In this document: positions 28,771-37,115 of the stretch, piece by piece
Layout of the letters: each line of letters begins with the position of its first letter
Position numbering within the stretch: the first letter of the stretch is position 1
Assembly: GCA_036521875.1 (NCBI GenBank)
Contig: DATDGX010000147.1
Coordinates: forward strand, 190-64,189
DNA from: Candidatus Binataceae bacterium
GTDB taxonomy: Bacteria > Desulfobacterota > Binatia > Binatales > Binataceae
Length of the DNA: 64,000 bases
Direction: 5' to 3'
Position numbers and translations under genes: made by a program
The notes under the pieces: generated by a model
What the model saw: the letters and a program-made list of their open reading frames with translations, nothing else
Told to the model about the DNA's origin: nothing
The model's database searches: none

Positions 28771-30186
28771 TCACTTCGCGGGCGCATTGGTGCCGCGATA
28801 AGCGATGCGCCAGACGGTGCCGTGCGCGTCCTCGGTGACGATCAGAGATCCGTCACGAGCGACTGCCACACCAACCGGCCGCGCCCATACATTTCCGTCG
28901 GGCGTTACGAAACCGGTCATGAAGTCCTCGTACTCGCCGGTAGGTTTGCCGTCGCGAATGATCACGCGAATAATTTTATAGCCAGTGCGTCGCGAGCGGT
29001 TCCACGATCCGTGCTCGGCGGCGAAAGCGTCGCCGCGATACTCCAGTGGAAATTGGCCAGCCTCATAGAAGGTCATCTCGAGCGAGGCGGAGTGCGCCTG
29101 GATGAGTACATCGGGAACGACGACCTTGCTCTTGAGGTCGGGCCGCTCATCGCGATGATGCGGATCCTCGTTGCCGCCGATGTAGTACCAGGGCCATCCG
29201 TAGAAGCCACCTTCCTTGACGCTCGTTAGGTAGTCGGGCGGTAGATTGTCGCCCAGATCGTCGCGCTCGTTGGTCGAACACCAGAGCTCGCCGTTCGCGG
29301 GAGCGATAGTCATCCCGACGCAGTTGCGCAAACCGGTCGCAAAGATGTGAAGACCAGTGCCATCGGCATTGCACTGCAGGACGTTGGCGCGCTTCTCCTC
29401 AGCTCCCCACGCTGCGCCGAAGCCGTGGAGCTGATCATATTGGATCGCATCGGGAAGCTGGCGCCGGGCAAGTCTTTCCGCGTCGTTGGACCCCGAGCCG
29501 ACCGAGACAAACATCTTCGAGCCGTCGCGCGAGAAGATGACGTCGCGAGTCCAATGTCCGCCGCCGCGCAGAAAACCGCCGCCGGGAATGTTGACGACAG
29601 TTTGCGCTGGGCCGCGAGCCCGCAGATCGCCGTTGCGGTACGGAAAACGCACCACCGAGTCGGTGTTCGCCACGTAAATAAATTGAGGATCCGGTCCCGG
29701 CGGCCAGAATGCGATCCCGAACGGCAAATTCAGGCGCGTCGCGAAGACCTCGACTCGCTCGGCCTTCGCCGCGCCGTCTGCCGCACGCAGAACGCGGATC
29801 TGCCCAGCCGTACTCTCGGCGATGAAGAGGTCGCCGTTGGGAGCGGCGCGGACCAGGCGTGGACGGTCGAGGCTGCTCGCGAATTCGTCAACGGCGAAAC
29901 CGGGCGGAACTTTCGGCATCGCGCCGTCGGGACGAGCAACGATTTCCGGAAAGTTAACGGCGGACTCGGTTGCAAACGGCGGCGGGAGGTCGTCGACGGT
30001 TATCTTCCGTCGAACACCGGGTGAATCCGTCTGCCAGTCGCCGAACGCTGCTTCCCCGGTGAGAACCGCGGATTGCTCGGCGGCCGAAGAGCTCGCGAGG
30101 AGCGTAAAAATCGCTATGGCGCCAAGGCCGGCGAGCGCAAGATATGATCGCCAACGACGCCGCGAGCGATCACCTGCCCAGCGCAT
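28771..30186 (-). CDS. PQQ-dependent sugar dehydrogenase (soluble aldose/sorbosone dehydrogenase-like beta-propeller)
   Basis: Signal peptide; repeated propeller blades (NLPFGIAFWP, IYVANTDSVVRF, GGGHWTRDV, NCVGMTIAP...). Start may lie downstream of 30186 because the ORF overlaps the upstream SDR gene by 17 nt. Confidence 0.75.
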   Translation of the reverse strand: MRWAGDRSRRRWRSYLALAGLGAIAIFTLLASSSAAEQSAVLTGEAAFGDWQTDSPGVRRKITVDDLPPPFATESAVNFPEIVARPDGAMPKVPPGFAVDEFASSLDRPRLVRAAPNGDLFIAESTAGQIRVLRAADGAAKAERVEVFATRLNLPFGIAFWPPGPDPQFIYVANTDSVVRFPYRNGDLRARGPAQTVVNIPGGGFLRGGGHWTRDVIFSRDGSKMFVSVGSGSNDAERLARRQLPDAIQYDQLHGFGAAWGAEEKRANVLQCNADGTGLHIFATGLRNCVGMTIAPANGELWCSTNERDDLGDNLPPDYLTSVKEGGFYGWPWYYIGGNEDPHHRDERPDLKSKVVVPDVLIQAHSASLEMTFYEAGQFPLEYRGDAFAAEHGSWNRSRRTGYKIIRVIIRDGKPTGEYEDFMTGFVTPDGNVWARPVGVAVARDGSLIVTEDAHGTVWRIAYRGTNAPAK

Positions 30187-31111
30187 TGTAATGCACGTCA
30201 GTCAGTTGCTCCGAAATCGACCATAGTCGTTTCGCGACTTCCGCATCGCGAGCGCGCGCGCTGCGGTTGACTTTCCTCGGATAGCCCCAGAATTCGCCGA
30301 GACCGTCGGGACCGATGTAGTCTCCTCCGTGCACATCGGCTGCGGCCGCCGCGTAGAGCGTCGGCAGCGCGCCCATCGCTCCGCTTTGCGCCGACAAGCT
30401 ATTCATCATTCCCCAGAACCACTCCATCATCGACGAGCCCTGCATCCGCGCTCCCGCCGCCTGCAGATTCGTCGCCGCGTAGCCCGGATGGCACGCGACC
30501 GCGAGCAGCTTGGCACCCACGGTTTCGATTCGCCGCTGCAATTCGAGCGTGAACAACAGATTCGCCAGCTTGCTCTGCCCGTACGCCATCCACTTTCGGT
30601 AGCCATGCTCCCATTGGAGATCGTCGAAATGTATGGAGCCCGCGCGATGCGCTCCGCTGCTGACCGTGACCACGCGTGCCCCTTCGGCTGCGAGCAGCCG
30701 GTCGAGTAGCAGACCCGTCAATGCGAAATGGCCGAGATGGTTGGTTCCGAACTGCATCTCGAAGCCGTCTTTGGTGCGGCCATACGGCAGCGCCATTACG
30801 CCGGCGTTGTTGCATAGCACGTGGAGTTGGTTGTGCTGGCTGCGAAATCGATCGGCGAACGCGCGCACCGAAGCCAGGCTGGAAAGGTCGAGCTCCATCA
30901 CGTCAACGCTCGCCTTCGGATACACAGACGTGATCTGAGCCGCCGCGCCGCGCGCCTTCTCCATGCTACGGCAGGCGAGCACGGTGTAGGCTCCCTTGCG
31001 CGCGAACTGCAATGCAGCTTCGTAACCGATCCCGCTGTTACCCCCCGTGACGACGATCTTTTTGCTGGAGAGATCCGGCAGATCATCCGCGGTCCATCTG
31101 CTTCCGGGCAT
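30170..31111 (-). CDS. SDR-family oxidoreductase
   Basis: TGGNSGIGYEAA (TGxxxGxG), NNAG, YxxxK context; start ATG at 31109-31111 (MPGSRW) or 31135. Confidence 0.85.
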   Translation of the reverse strand: MPGSRWTADDLPDLSSKKIVVTGGNSGIGYEAALQFARKGAYTVLACRSMEKARGAAAQITSVYPKASVDVMELDLSSLASVRAFADRFRSQHNQLHVLCNNAGVMALPYGRTKDGFEMQFGTNHLGHFALTGLLLDRLLAAEGARVVTVSSGAHRAGSIHFDDLQWEHGYRKWMAYGQSKLANLLFTLELQRRIETVGAKLLAVACHPGYAATNLQAAGARMQGSSMMEWFWGMMNSLSAQSGAMGALPTLYAAAAADVHGGDYIGPDGLGEFWGYPRKVNRSARARDAEVAKRLWSISEQLTDVHYNALGR

Positions 31112-31336
31112 AGGTGTACTCCTCGGCGCAAACATTACAGGATCGTGGTGGCGCGTCCCATCACGACGGAGCCGGTGCGATCGTGGGGAAAATTTGACGT
31201 AAAATTTGACGCTCGATTCCGGAACAATGACGGGGATTCGCAGGTTTACAGATACGGACGTGTAGGCTTACAGATATAGAGAGCGATCGAGGCCGGCGAG
31301 GCTTGCCGACTTGCGTTTTTTGACGGAGGACATGTC

Positions 31337-31810
31337 ATGCGACTCTACCCGCGTTTAGCCGTATCTGCGGCATTCGTAGCGACGTTGGTGATTGCGAGTC
31401 CGAGCCTCGGCGCAGCCGCCGGAATGGGGGGAATGGGCGGGGGGATGGGCGGCACTGGCGGAATGTCCGGTGGCAGTTCGATCTCGGTGTCCGGCACCTC
31501 GGTCATCGTAACCGGATCGATGAGCCGCAACATTGGCACCATGGGTAGCATCGGCTCGTCCGCAGGCTACGGCTCGGGCGGCTGCGGCACTCCGCATGGG
31601 GCAACGTCGGGTCCCGTCGATCCTCGGACCGTCGGAAATCTCTCGCTGACGGGACTCCGCAATTGCGTGACTCTGTCGCCTGCGCGCCAGAGTCTGCCCA
31701 AGGCTGATCCCGACATCGTCGGCGTCTCCGTCCCGATGATGCCGCCGGATGCGACACCCGCCGACGGCGCGACCAGCGCGCAGCGTGGAAGCGCGGCTCC
31801 CAACTACTAA
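31337..31810 (+). CDS. Secreted Gly/Met-rich low-complexity protein
   Basis: Clear signal peptide (MRLYPRLAVSAAFVATLVIASPSLGAAAG) followed by GMGGMGGGMGGTGGMSGG and Ser/Gly/Thr-rich sequence; 157 aa. Confidence 0.5.
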   Translation: MRLYPRLAVSAAFVATLVIASPSLGAAAGMGGMGGGMGGTGGMSGGSSISVSGTSVIVTGSMSRNIGTMGSIGSSAGYGSGGCGTPHGATSGPVDPRTVGNLSLTGLRNCVTLSPARQSLPKADPDIVGVSVPMMPPDATPADGATSAQRGSAAPNY

Positions 31811-31865
31811 AGTCCGTCGCGGCTGCGGCGCGATCGCGCCGCGGCTAGGGGTGCCGCATTCGTTA

Positions 31866-33005
31866 TCAGTAGTGGTTGAGTCGCGCGAGGCGATCGGCGT
31901 GGAAGTTCGCGTCGCCGAACAGTTCCTGTCCGACGCGGACGCGCTTCATGAACAGGCCCACGTCGAATTCGTCGGTCATCCCGATGCCGCCGTGCATTTG
32001 GACCGCCTCCTGCACTGCGAGCGTGGCGCTGCCGCCGGCGCGCGCTTTTGCCAACGAGACGACCGCGCCTGCCGTGTCGAACGACTCGTCGAGAGTCTGC
32101 AGCGCCTTCAACACCGCGGAGCGGGTGACTTCCAGCTCGCAGTAGAGGTGAGCCGCGCGATGCTGTAGTGCCTGGAATTCGCCGATCGCTTTTCCGAATT
32201 GCTTGCGCTCCCGCAGATAGCCCACCGTTCTGCCGAACGCCTCTTCGCTGGCTCCCACCAGCTCCGCCGCGACCGCGGCACGGCCCACGTTCAGCGTGCC
32301 CTCCAGGATGCTCCAGCCCGCGTCGACCTTGCCGAGCACCGCGTCGGCGCCGGCGCTGACATTTTCGAACTTGATGCGCGCCGCGTTGTGAGTATCGACC
32401 ATCGGCGTGCGCTCTGCGCTGATCCCTTTCGTTTTCGAATCTAGAACGAACAGAGTGATGCCTTTGTTGTCGCCGGACGCACCCGCGGTTCGCGCCGCGA
32501 CGATCAGGATATCGGCGACGTGACCGTCGACGACGAAGGTCTTGGCCCCGTTCAGCGTGAATCCGTTTCCGGTGCGGGTCGCGGTCAGCGCGGTTTTTTC
32601 GGGGCGATGCTTCGCGGTTTCGTCGATCGCGAGCGCTGCGATCAGTTCGCCGCTAACGATTCGCGGCAGATACTTTTTCTTTTGCGCGTCGCTGCCGCCG
32701 CGCGAGATCGCACTGGCGGCAAGAAGAGCCGTCGACAGGAACGGCGAGGGCGCAAGCGTGCGCCCGAGCTCTTCCATCACCACGCCGGCTTCGACGTGGC
32801 CGAGTCCGAGTCCGCCGTACTCCTGCGGGACCAAGATGCCCGCCCAGCCCATCTCGACAAAGTCCTTCCACAGTTGGCGCGAGAAGCCATCCGGGTCGCG
32901 AGTGTCGCGGAGCTGGCGCAGGTGCGCGATCGGTGCGTTCTTGCCGAGAAAGCCACGCGCGTTGTCGCGCAGCATCGCTTGTTCGTCGGTGAGGACCAGT
33001 GCCAT
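31866..33005 (-). CDS. Acyl-CoA dehydrogenase family protein
   Basis: 379 aa with ACAD N, middle and C domains (IGMTDEFDVGLFMKR...). Confidence 0.85.
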   Translation of the reverse strand: MALVLTDEQAMLRDNARGFLGKNAPIAHLRQLRDTRDPDGFSRQLWKDFVEMGWAGILVPQEYGGLGLGHVEAGVVMEELGRTLAPSPFLSTALLAASAISRGGSDAQKKKYLPRIVSGELIAALAIDETAKHRPEKTALTATRTGNGFTLNGAKTFVVDGHVADILIVAARTAGASGDNKGITLFVLDSKTKGISAERTPMVDTHNAARIKFENVSAGADAVLGKVDAGWSILEGTLNVGRAAVAAELVGASEEAFGRTVGYLRERKQFGKAIGEFQALQHRAAHLYCELEVTRSAVLKALQTLDESFDTAGAVVSLAKARAGGSATLAVQEAVQMHGGIGMTDEFDVGLFMKRVRVGQELFGDANFHADRLARLNHY

Positions 33006-33075
33006 GTCAGCGATTCCGATTACTCACTTGGTATAGATTTTCTTTGCGAGCGACCCTTTTCCGATGGCGTCCTTC

Positions 33076-34257
33076 TCAGGCGCCCGGCAGATTGAGTATC
33101 CGCTTGGCCACGATGTTGAGCTGGACCTCACTGGTCCCGCCTTCGATCGAATTCGCCTTCGAGCGCAGCCACGCGCGCGCCTGATAGCCATTGCGCGAGC
33201 GTTTGCCTTCCCACTCCAGCGCGTCCGAGCCGCCCGCCGCCATCACCAGCTCGAGCCGCCGCTTGTTGAGCTCGGTGCCGTAGTATTTCAGCAGCGACGA
33301 CACCGCTGGATGCGCCTGCCCAACCTTGGCCATGTCGCCAACGCGCTCCATCGTCAGCCGGAATGCCTGCGCGTCGATCTCCAGTGCCGCAATCTGGCCG
33401 CGCAACACCGTGTCGGCGAGCATCCCATTCTCGGTTCCCATCGTCTCCGCTGCGATCTTTCCGAGCGAGCGATTGTCCGCCGTGCTACCCATGCCGCCGA
33501 TCATGTCGCGCTCATGTGTGAGCAGGTACTTCGCGATTTCCCATCCCTTGTTTAGCGTGCCGATCAGGTTGGCCTTCGGCACCAGCACGTCGTCGAAGAA
33601 GGTCTGGCAGAAAGGCGACGCGCCCGAGATGAGCGTGATCGGCTTGGTCGAGACGCCGGCGCTCTCCATGTCGAAAAGCACGAAGCTGATGCCTTCATGT
33701 TTCGGCGCGTTGGGGTCGGTGCGCACCAGGCAGAAAATCCAGTCCGCCTTGTCCGCGTACGAGGTCCAGATCTTCGATCCGTTGACGAGGAAGTTGTCGC
33801 CCTTGTCTTCCGCGCGCGTTTGCAGCGAGGCGAGGTCGGAGCCCGCACCCGGTTCCGAGTAGCCCTGGCACCAGCGGATTTCGCCGCGCGCGATTTTGGG
33901 CAGATGCTCGCGCTTTTGCGCCTCCGAACCGTACTTGAGCAGCGCAGGCCCCAGCATCCAGATGCCGAAGCTGTCGAGCGGCGAGCGGCAGCCCAGCGCG
34001 CGCATCTCCTGGCGCAGAATTTTCGTTTCGTCACGCGACAGTCCACCGCCACCAAACTCACGCGGCCACTCCGGCACCGTCCATCCCTTCTCCGCCATGC
34101 GCTCGAGCCACAATCGCTGGGCATCGGACTTGAACTTCCAATTGCGTCCGCCCCAGCAGGTGTCGTCCTCGCTCTGCGTGGGCCTGCGCATCTCTGGCGG
34201 GCAATTCGCTTCGAGCCAGGCTCGTGTTTCTTTGCGGAAGGTTTCCAGGTCGCTCAT
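33076..34257 (-). CDS. Acyl-CoA dehydrogenase family protein
   Basis: Start ATG at 34255-34257 (MSDLETFRKETRAWL); CQGYSEPGAGSD motif; pairs with the downstream ACAD. Confidence 0.85.
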   Translation of the reverse strand: MSDLETFRKETRAWLEANCPPEMRRPTQSEDDTCWGGRNWKFKSDAQRLWLERMAEKGWTVPEWPREFGGGGLSRDETKILRQEMRALGCRSPLDSFGIWMLGPALLKYGSEAQKREHLPKIARGEIRWCQGYSEPGAGSDLASLQTRAEDKGDNFLVNGSKIWTSYADKADWIFCLVRTDPNAPKHEGISFVLFDMESAGVSTKPITLISGASPFCQTFFDDVLVPKANLIGTLNKGWEIAKYLLTHERDMIGGMGSTADNRSLGKIAAETMGTENGMLADTVLRGQIAALEIDAQAFRLTMERVGDMAKVGQAHPAVSSLLKYYGTELNKRRLELVMAAGGSDALEWEGKRSRNGYQARAWLRSKANSIEGGTSEVQLNIVAKRILNLPGA

Positions 34258-34325
34258 CGCCTTGTCGCTCCTGATTCTACTGATGGCGTGATTATGGCCG
34301 CGAGCTATCAAAAATGCGAACTTTC

Positions 34326-35021
34326 CTAAACGCCGGCGTACCAGTCGTAACCGAGGTTTTCCCAGTAGCCGCCCGTGCGCTGCGACAGGAAATTTACCTC
34401 GGTGAGGTACTTGACGGTCTTGTATCCGAGTTTGACCGGCGAGTAGAGACGCAGCGGTGCGCCGTGATCCGGGTATAACGCCCGCCCGTTCATGCCGTAC
34501 GCGAGGATAGTCTGCGGATGCATCGCGCTTTCGATGTCCCACGATGAGAAGTAGCCGGCGTCGAACGATCGGAACTCTGCGTAGCGCGCCTGCGCGCTGA
34601 CGCCCGCTATTTTCGCCACTTCGCTCAGCCGCACGCCGTGCCATGCCGCGACCGCCGACCATCCTTCCACGCAGTGATGCCGGATGCGCATATCAGTCCG
34701 CGGCATCCGCTTCAGTTGCTCGAGCGTGAGCGTGGCCGGCCGCGCGACCATGCCGCCAATCTTGAGTTCCCAGTCCGGGGGCGCGAACGGCATCGTATCG
34801 GAAATAAAATAGCTCGGGAAATCACTTTCCGGCGTTAGCTCCGACTTGGGCGGCTCGGGAGCGAGCCGGGTCGGCGAGAACAGAAAGCGGTCGAAGCGCT
34901 CGTTCCAGCGGCTCATCGCGCCAAGAAAAAGTGAAGTTGGATGGTCGCATCCAGCCACCAGCGTGGCCGCCGCGAGTCCCAGCAGAAGCTTCCGCCTGCT
35001 TATAGTTACGAGCTTAGCCAT
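34326..35021 (-). CDS. Molybdopterin-dependent oxidoreductase, sulfite-oxidase family (YedY/MsrP-like catalytic subunit) with Tat-type signal
   Basis: SRRKLLLGLAAATLVAG twin-Arg leader; WELKIGGMVARPATLTLEQL and RIRHHCVEGWSAVAAWHGVRL match the Mo-domain core of YedY-like enzymes. Confidence 0.75.
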   Translation of the reverse strand: MAKLVTISRRKLLLGLAAATLVAGCDHPTSLFLGAMSRWNERFDRFLFSPTRLAPEPPKSELTPESDFPSYFISDTMPFAPPDWELKIGGMVARPATLTLEQLKRMPRTDMRIRHHCVEGWSAVAAWHGVRLSEVAKIAGVSAQARYAEFRSFDAGYFSSWDIESAMHPQTILAYGMNGRALYPDHGAPLRLYSPVKLGYKTVKYLTEVNFLSQRTGGYWENLGYDWYAGV

Positions 35022-35970
35022 ACCGTCCTTTCAAGTCTTTGTGGGCGCCGGGATTCGGCGCGAATAGATCGACGTGCTGCGCGACAAAGTCGCGCACTGT
35101 CATCGCGGGCCCTCCTGTGAGCTCCTCAACATCGTGTGTAATGCGATCGTAGCGGTTGGCGGCGTGGAGGCGCGCCATCGTCAACAGATGCTCGCGGACA
35201 TGCTCCGGCAGCTTGCGCTTGCGAAGCTCCTGGTCACGCCACTGCTCCAACGGCACGTCGACGTAGCTGATGGTTCTGCCGAGTGCGCGTGAATATTCCG
35301 CAGCGACCTCGATCATGTCCTGAGATTTTGGTCCCGTCAGTTCATTGACCTTGCCGATATGAGCGGCCGGGCTGGCCAAAATGACCGCGATCACTTCCGC
35401 CACATCCTGAACGGCAACTGGAGACGTTCGGCCGGCGCCGAATGGCAGCCGGATCGTGGCGTCTCTGGCAATCGATTCGGCAGCCCAAGCCAGAAAAAAA
35501 GGGTTTTCGAGGAACACCGTCGGACGGACATGCACCACCGGGAGTCCTGACCAGTTCAGGATTTGCTCGGCTAGCAGATGCTGCCGCTGCTGCGGAGAGT
35601 CCGTCATCTTGGCCATGGTCATTTGCGACACGGTCATCTGTGAGATGTTGACGAAAACTTCCAAGTCACCGCGCTCACGCGCAACCGCCGCCGCGATGAC
35701 GGTCGCCTCCAAATAGGGCGCCGACACGCTCATGCCGAAATAGATGCGCCGACAGCCGGCCAAAGCACGCGCGACATCCGGAACACGGGTCAGATCGCCG
35801 ACTACAACCTCCGCACCGGTCGCGCGCAGCGCCTCGGCGCGTTCATCTTCGCGAAGGACCAGCGCACGGACGGCGAGACCGCGATGACGAAGCAACTCCA
35901 CGACATTGCGACCTACGCCGCCTACGCGACCGGCGGCACCGGTGACCAGGATAGGGCTCTCAATTGGCAT
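35014..35970 (-). CDS. NmrA-like / NAD(P)H-binding atypical SDR
   Basis: ILVTGAAGRVGG Rossmann motif; 318 aa; overlaps the downstream gene by 8 nt. Confidence 0.75.
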   Translation of the reverse strand: MPIESPILVTGAAGRVGGVGRNVVELLRHRGLAVRALVLREDERAEALRATGAEVVVGDLTRVPDVARALAGCRRIYFGMSVSAPYLEATVIAAAVARERGDLEVFVNISQMTVSQMTMAKMTDSPQQRQHLLAEQILNWSGLPVVHVRPTVFLENPFFLAWAAESIARDATIRLPFGAGRTSPVAVQDVAEVIAVILASPAAHIGKVNELTGPKSQDMIEVAAEYSRALGRTISYVDVPLEQWRDQELRKRKLPEHVREHLLTMARLHAANRYDRITHDVEELTGGPAMTVRDFVAQHVDLFAPNPGAHKDLKGRYG

Positions 35971-35979
35971 GCGATGATC

Positions 35980-36693
35980 TCAGCCGCGTTTTCCGCCGCC
36001 GATCATGTCGAGGATGGTCCGCGGATGAAGCGCGACCAGCACCAGATGGGTCGCAGTGAAGAGTCCGAGCGCTACCAGCGCCGACAGATGCACGACGCGC
36101 GCGAAGTCATAGCCGCCGAGCAGAGCCGTGAGCCAATACAATTGCACTGGCTTGTAAATTGCGAGGCCCGACGCGACCACCACGATTCCGAACACGATCG
36201 CTGAAGTGTAAGCGAGCCGCTGCAGGCCGTTGTAAAAGTCCTCGGGCGGCGGGGTCTTCCGCATCCGCAGATAGTAAGCGAACATCGCGATTGCTCCCGC
36301 AGTGTCGCGGTGCGGAAGGAACGCGCGCCGGTGCCATTGTCCGCTGACAAGCTGGTAAGCGAGATACGCGGCGCCATTGAGGATCAGGAACCACGCGATC
36401 GCAAAATGCCAGTGACGCGCGCCCGCGAGCCATCCGCCGAAGCGCAACGATGTCGGCGGTGGCACTCCTTGAAACGGATACCATTTGTACAATCCGCCGC
36501 GCGGTCCCATCGAGGGATACGCGACCAGGATCTGCAGACCGCTTCCCGCCATGATCAGAAGCAGCGGTATGTTGATCCAATGAGCGAGCCGAATTGGAAG
36601 CGGATGGGTGAGCGGAAACTTGAGCGGACGGGTCAGCACACGGGTCGGCCGTCCCCGCCGCGGAGGCCGTTCAATGCTCGATGCTGATGCCAT
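35980..36693 (-). CDS. Cytochrome b561-type (Ni_hydr_CYTB-like) di-heme membrane protein
   Basis: IRLAHWINIPLLLIM with conserved His, four TM helices, second His region HLSALVALGL..THLVLV; 10 nt upstream of the NmrA-like gene. Confidence 0.65.
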   Translation of the reverse strand: MASASSIERPPRRGRPTRVLTRPLKFPLTHPLPIRLAHWINIPLLLIMAGSGLQILVAYPSMGPRGGLYKWYPFQGVPPPTSLRFGGWLAGARHWHFAIAWFLILNGAAYLAYQLVSGQWHRRAFLPHRDTAGAIAMFAYYLRMRKTPPPEDFYNGLQRLAYTSAIVFGIVVVASGLAIYKPVQLYWLTALLGGYDFARVVHLSALVALGLFTATHLVLVALHPRTILDMIGGGKRG

Positions 36694-36776
36694 CGCTAAT
36701 ACTCTGTTGATTACTCAGTGCGCGCTCGCTGATTTGATGACGTCGATGGACGGACTCACTATTGTCGTGGAACTTA

Positions 36777-37103
36777 CTATTGACTCATGCCCTGAGCTTT
36801 GCCGCCGTTCATGATGTGCCCGTCCATCATGATCATTTGCCCGTCGTGCAGATGCGTATCGGGGCCGTACTTGAATTTGACGGTTCCGTCAAGCAGCACG
36901 CGGGTTCCGTCTGACATGGTCATTTCATGATCCATCGGGCCGGCTGGCTTACCCATTTTCATCATCATCATTTTGCCGCCGCTCATCATTACTCCGTCCA
37001 TGTCCGCGGCTATCGCCACAGATGGCACCGCGATGATCGCGATCGCTATCCCGAGCGAAAGCAGGGCGGCTATCGGGAACGTGGCAAATTCGCGCCCCTT
37101 CAT
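36777..37103 (-). CDS. Secreted Met-rich (and His-containing) small protein
   Basis: Signal peptide MKGREFATFPIAALLSLGIAIAIIAVPSVAIA; mature 75 aa contains 17 Met (MMSGGKMMMMKMGKPAGPMDHEMTM..MIMMDGHIM). Confidence 0.55.
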   Translation of the reverse strand: MKGREFATFPIAALLSLGIAIAIIAVPSVAIAADMDGVMMSGGKMMMMKMGKPAGPMDHEMTMSDGTRVLLDGTVKFKYGPDTHLHDGQMIMMDGHIMNGGKAQGMSQ

Positions 37104-37115
37104 TTGCGCATCCCC

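Noticed and set aside
28771-30186. 17-nt overlap between PQQ-dehydrogenase ORF start and the upstream SDR gene end
   Set aside because: This is probably just an over-extended N-terminus, with the true start at a downstream in-frame codon, and not a programmed overlap.
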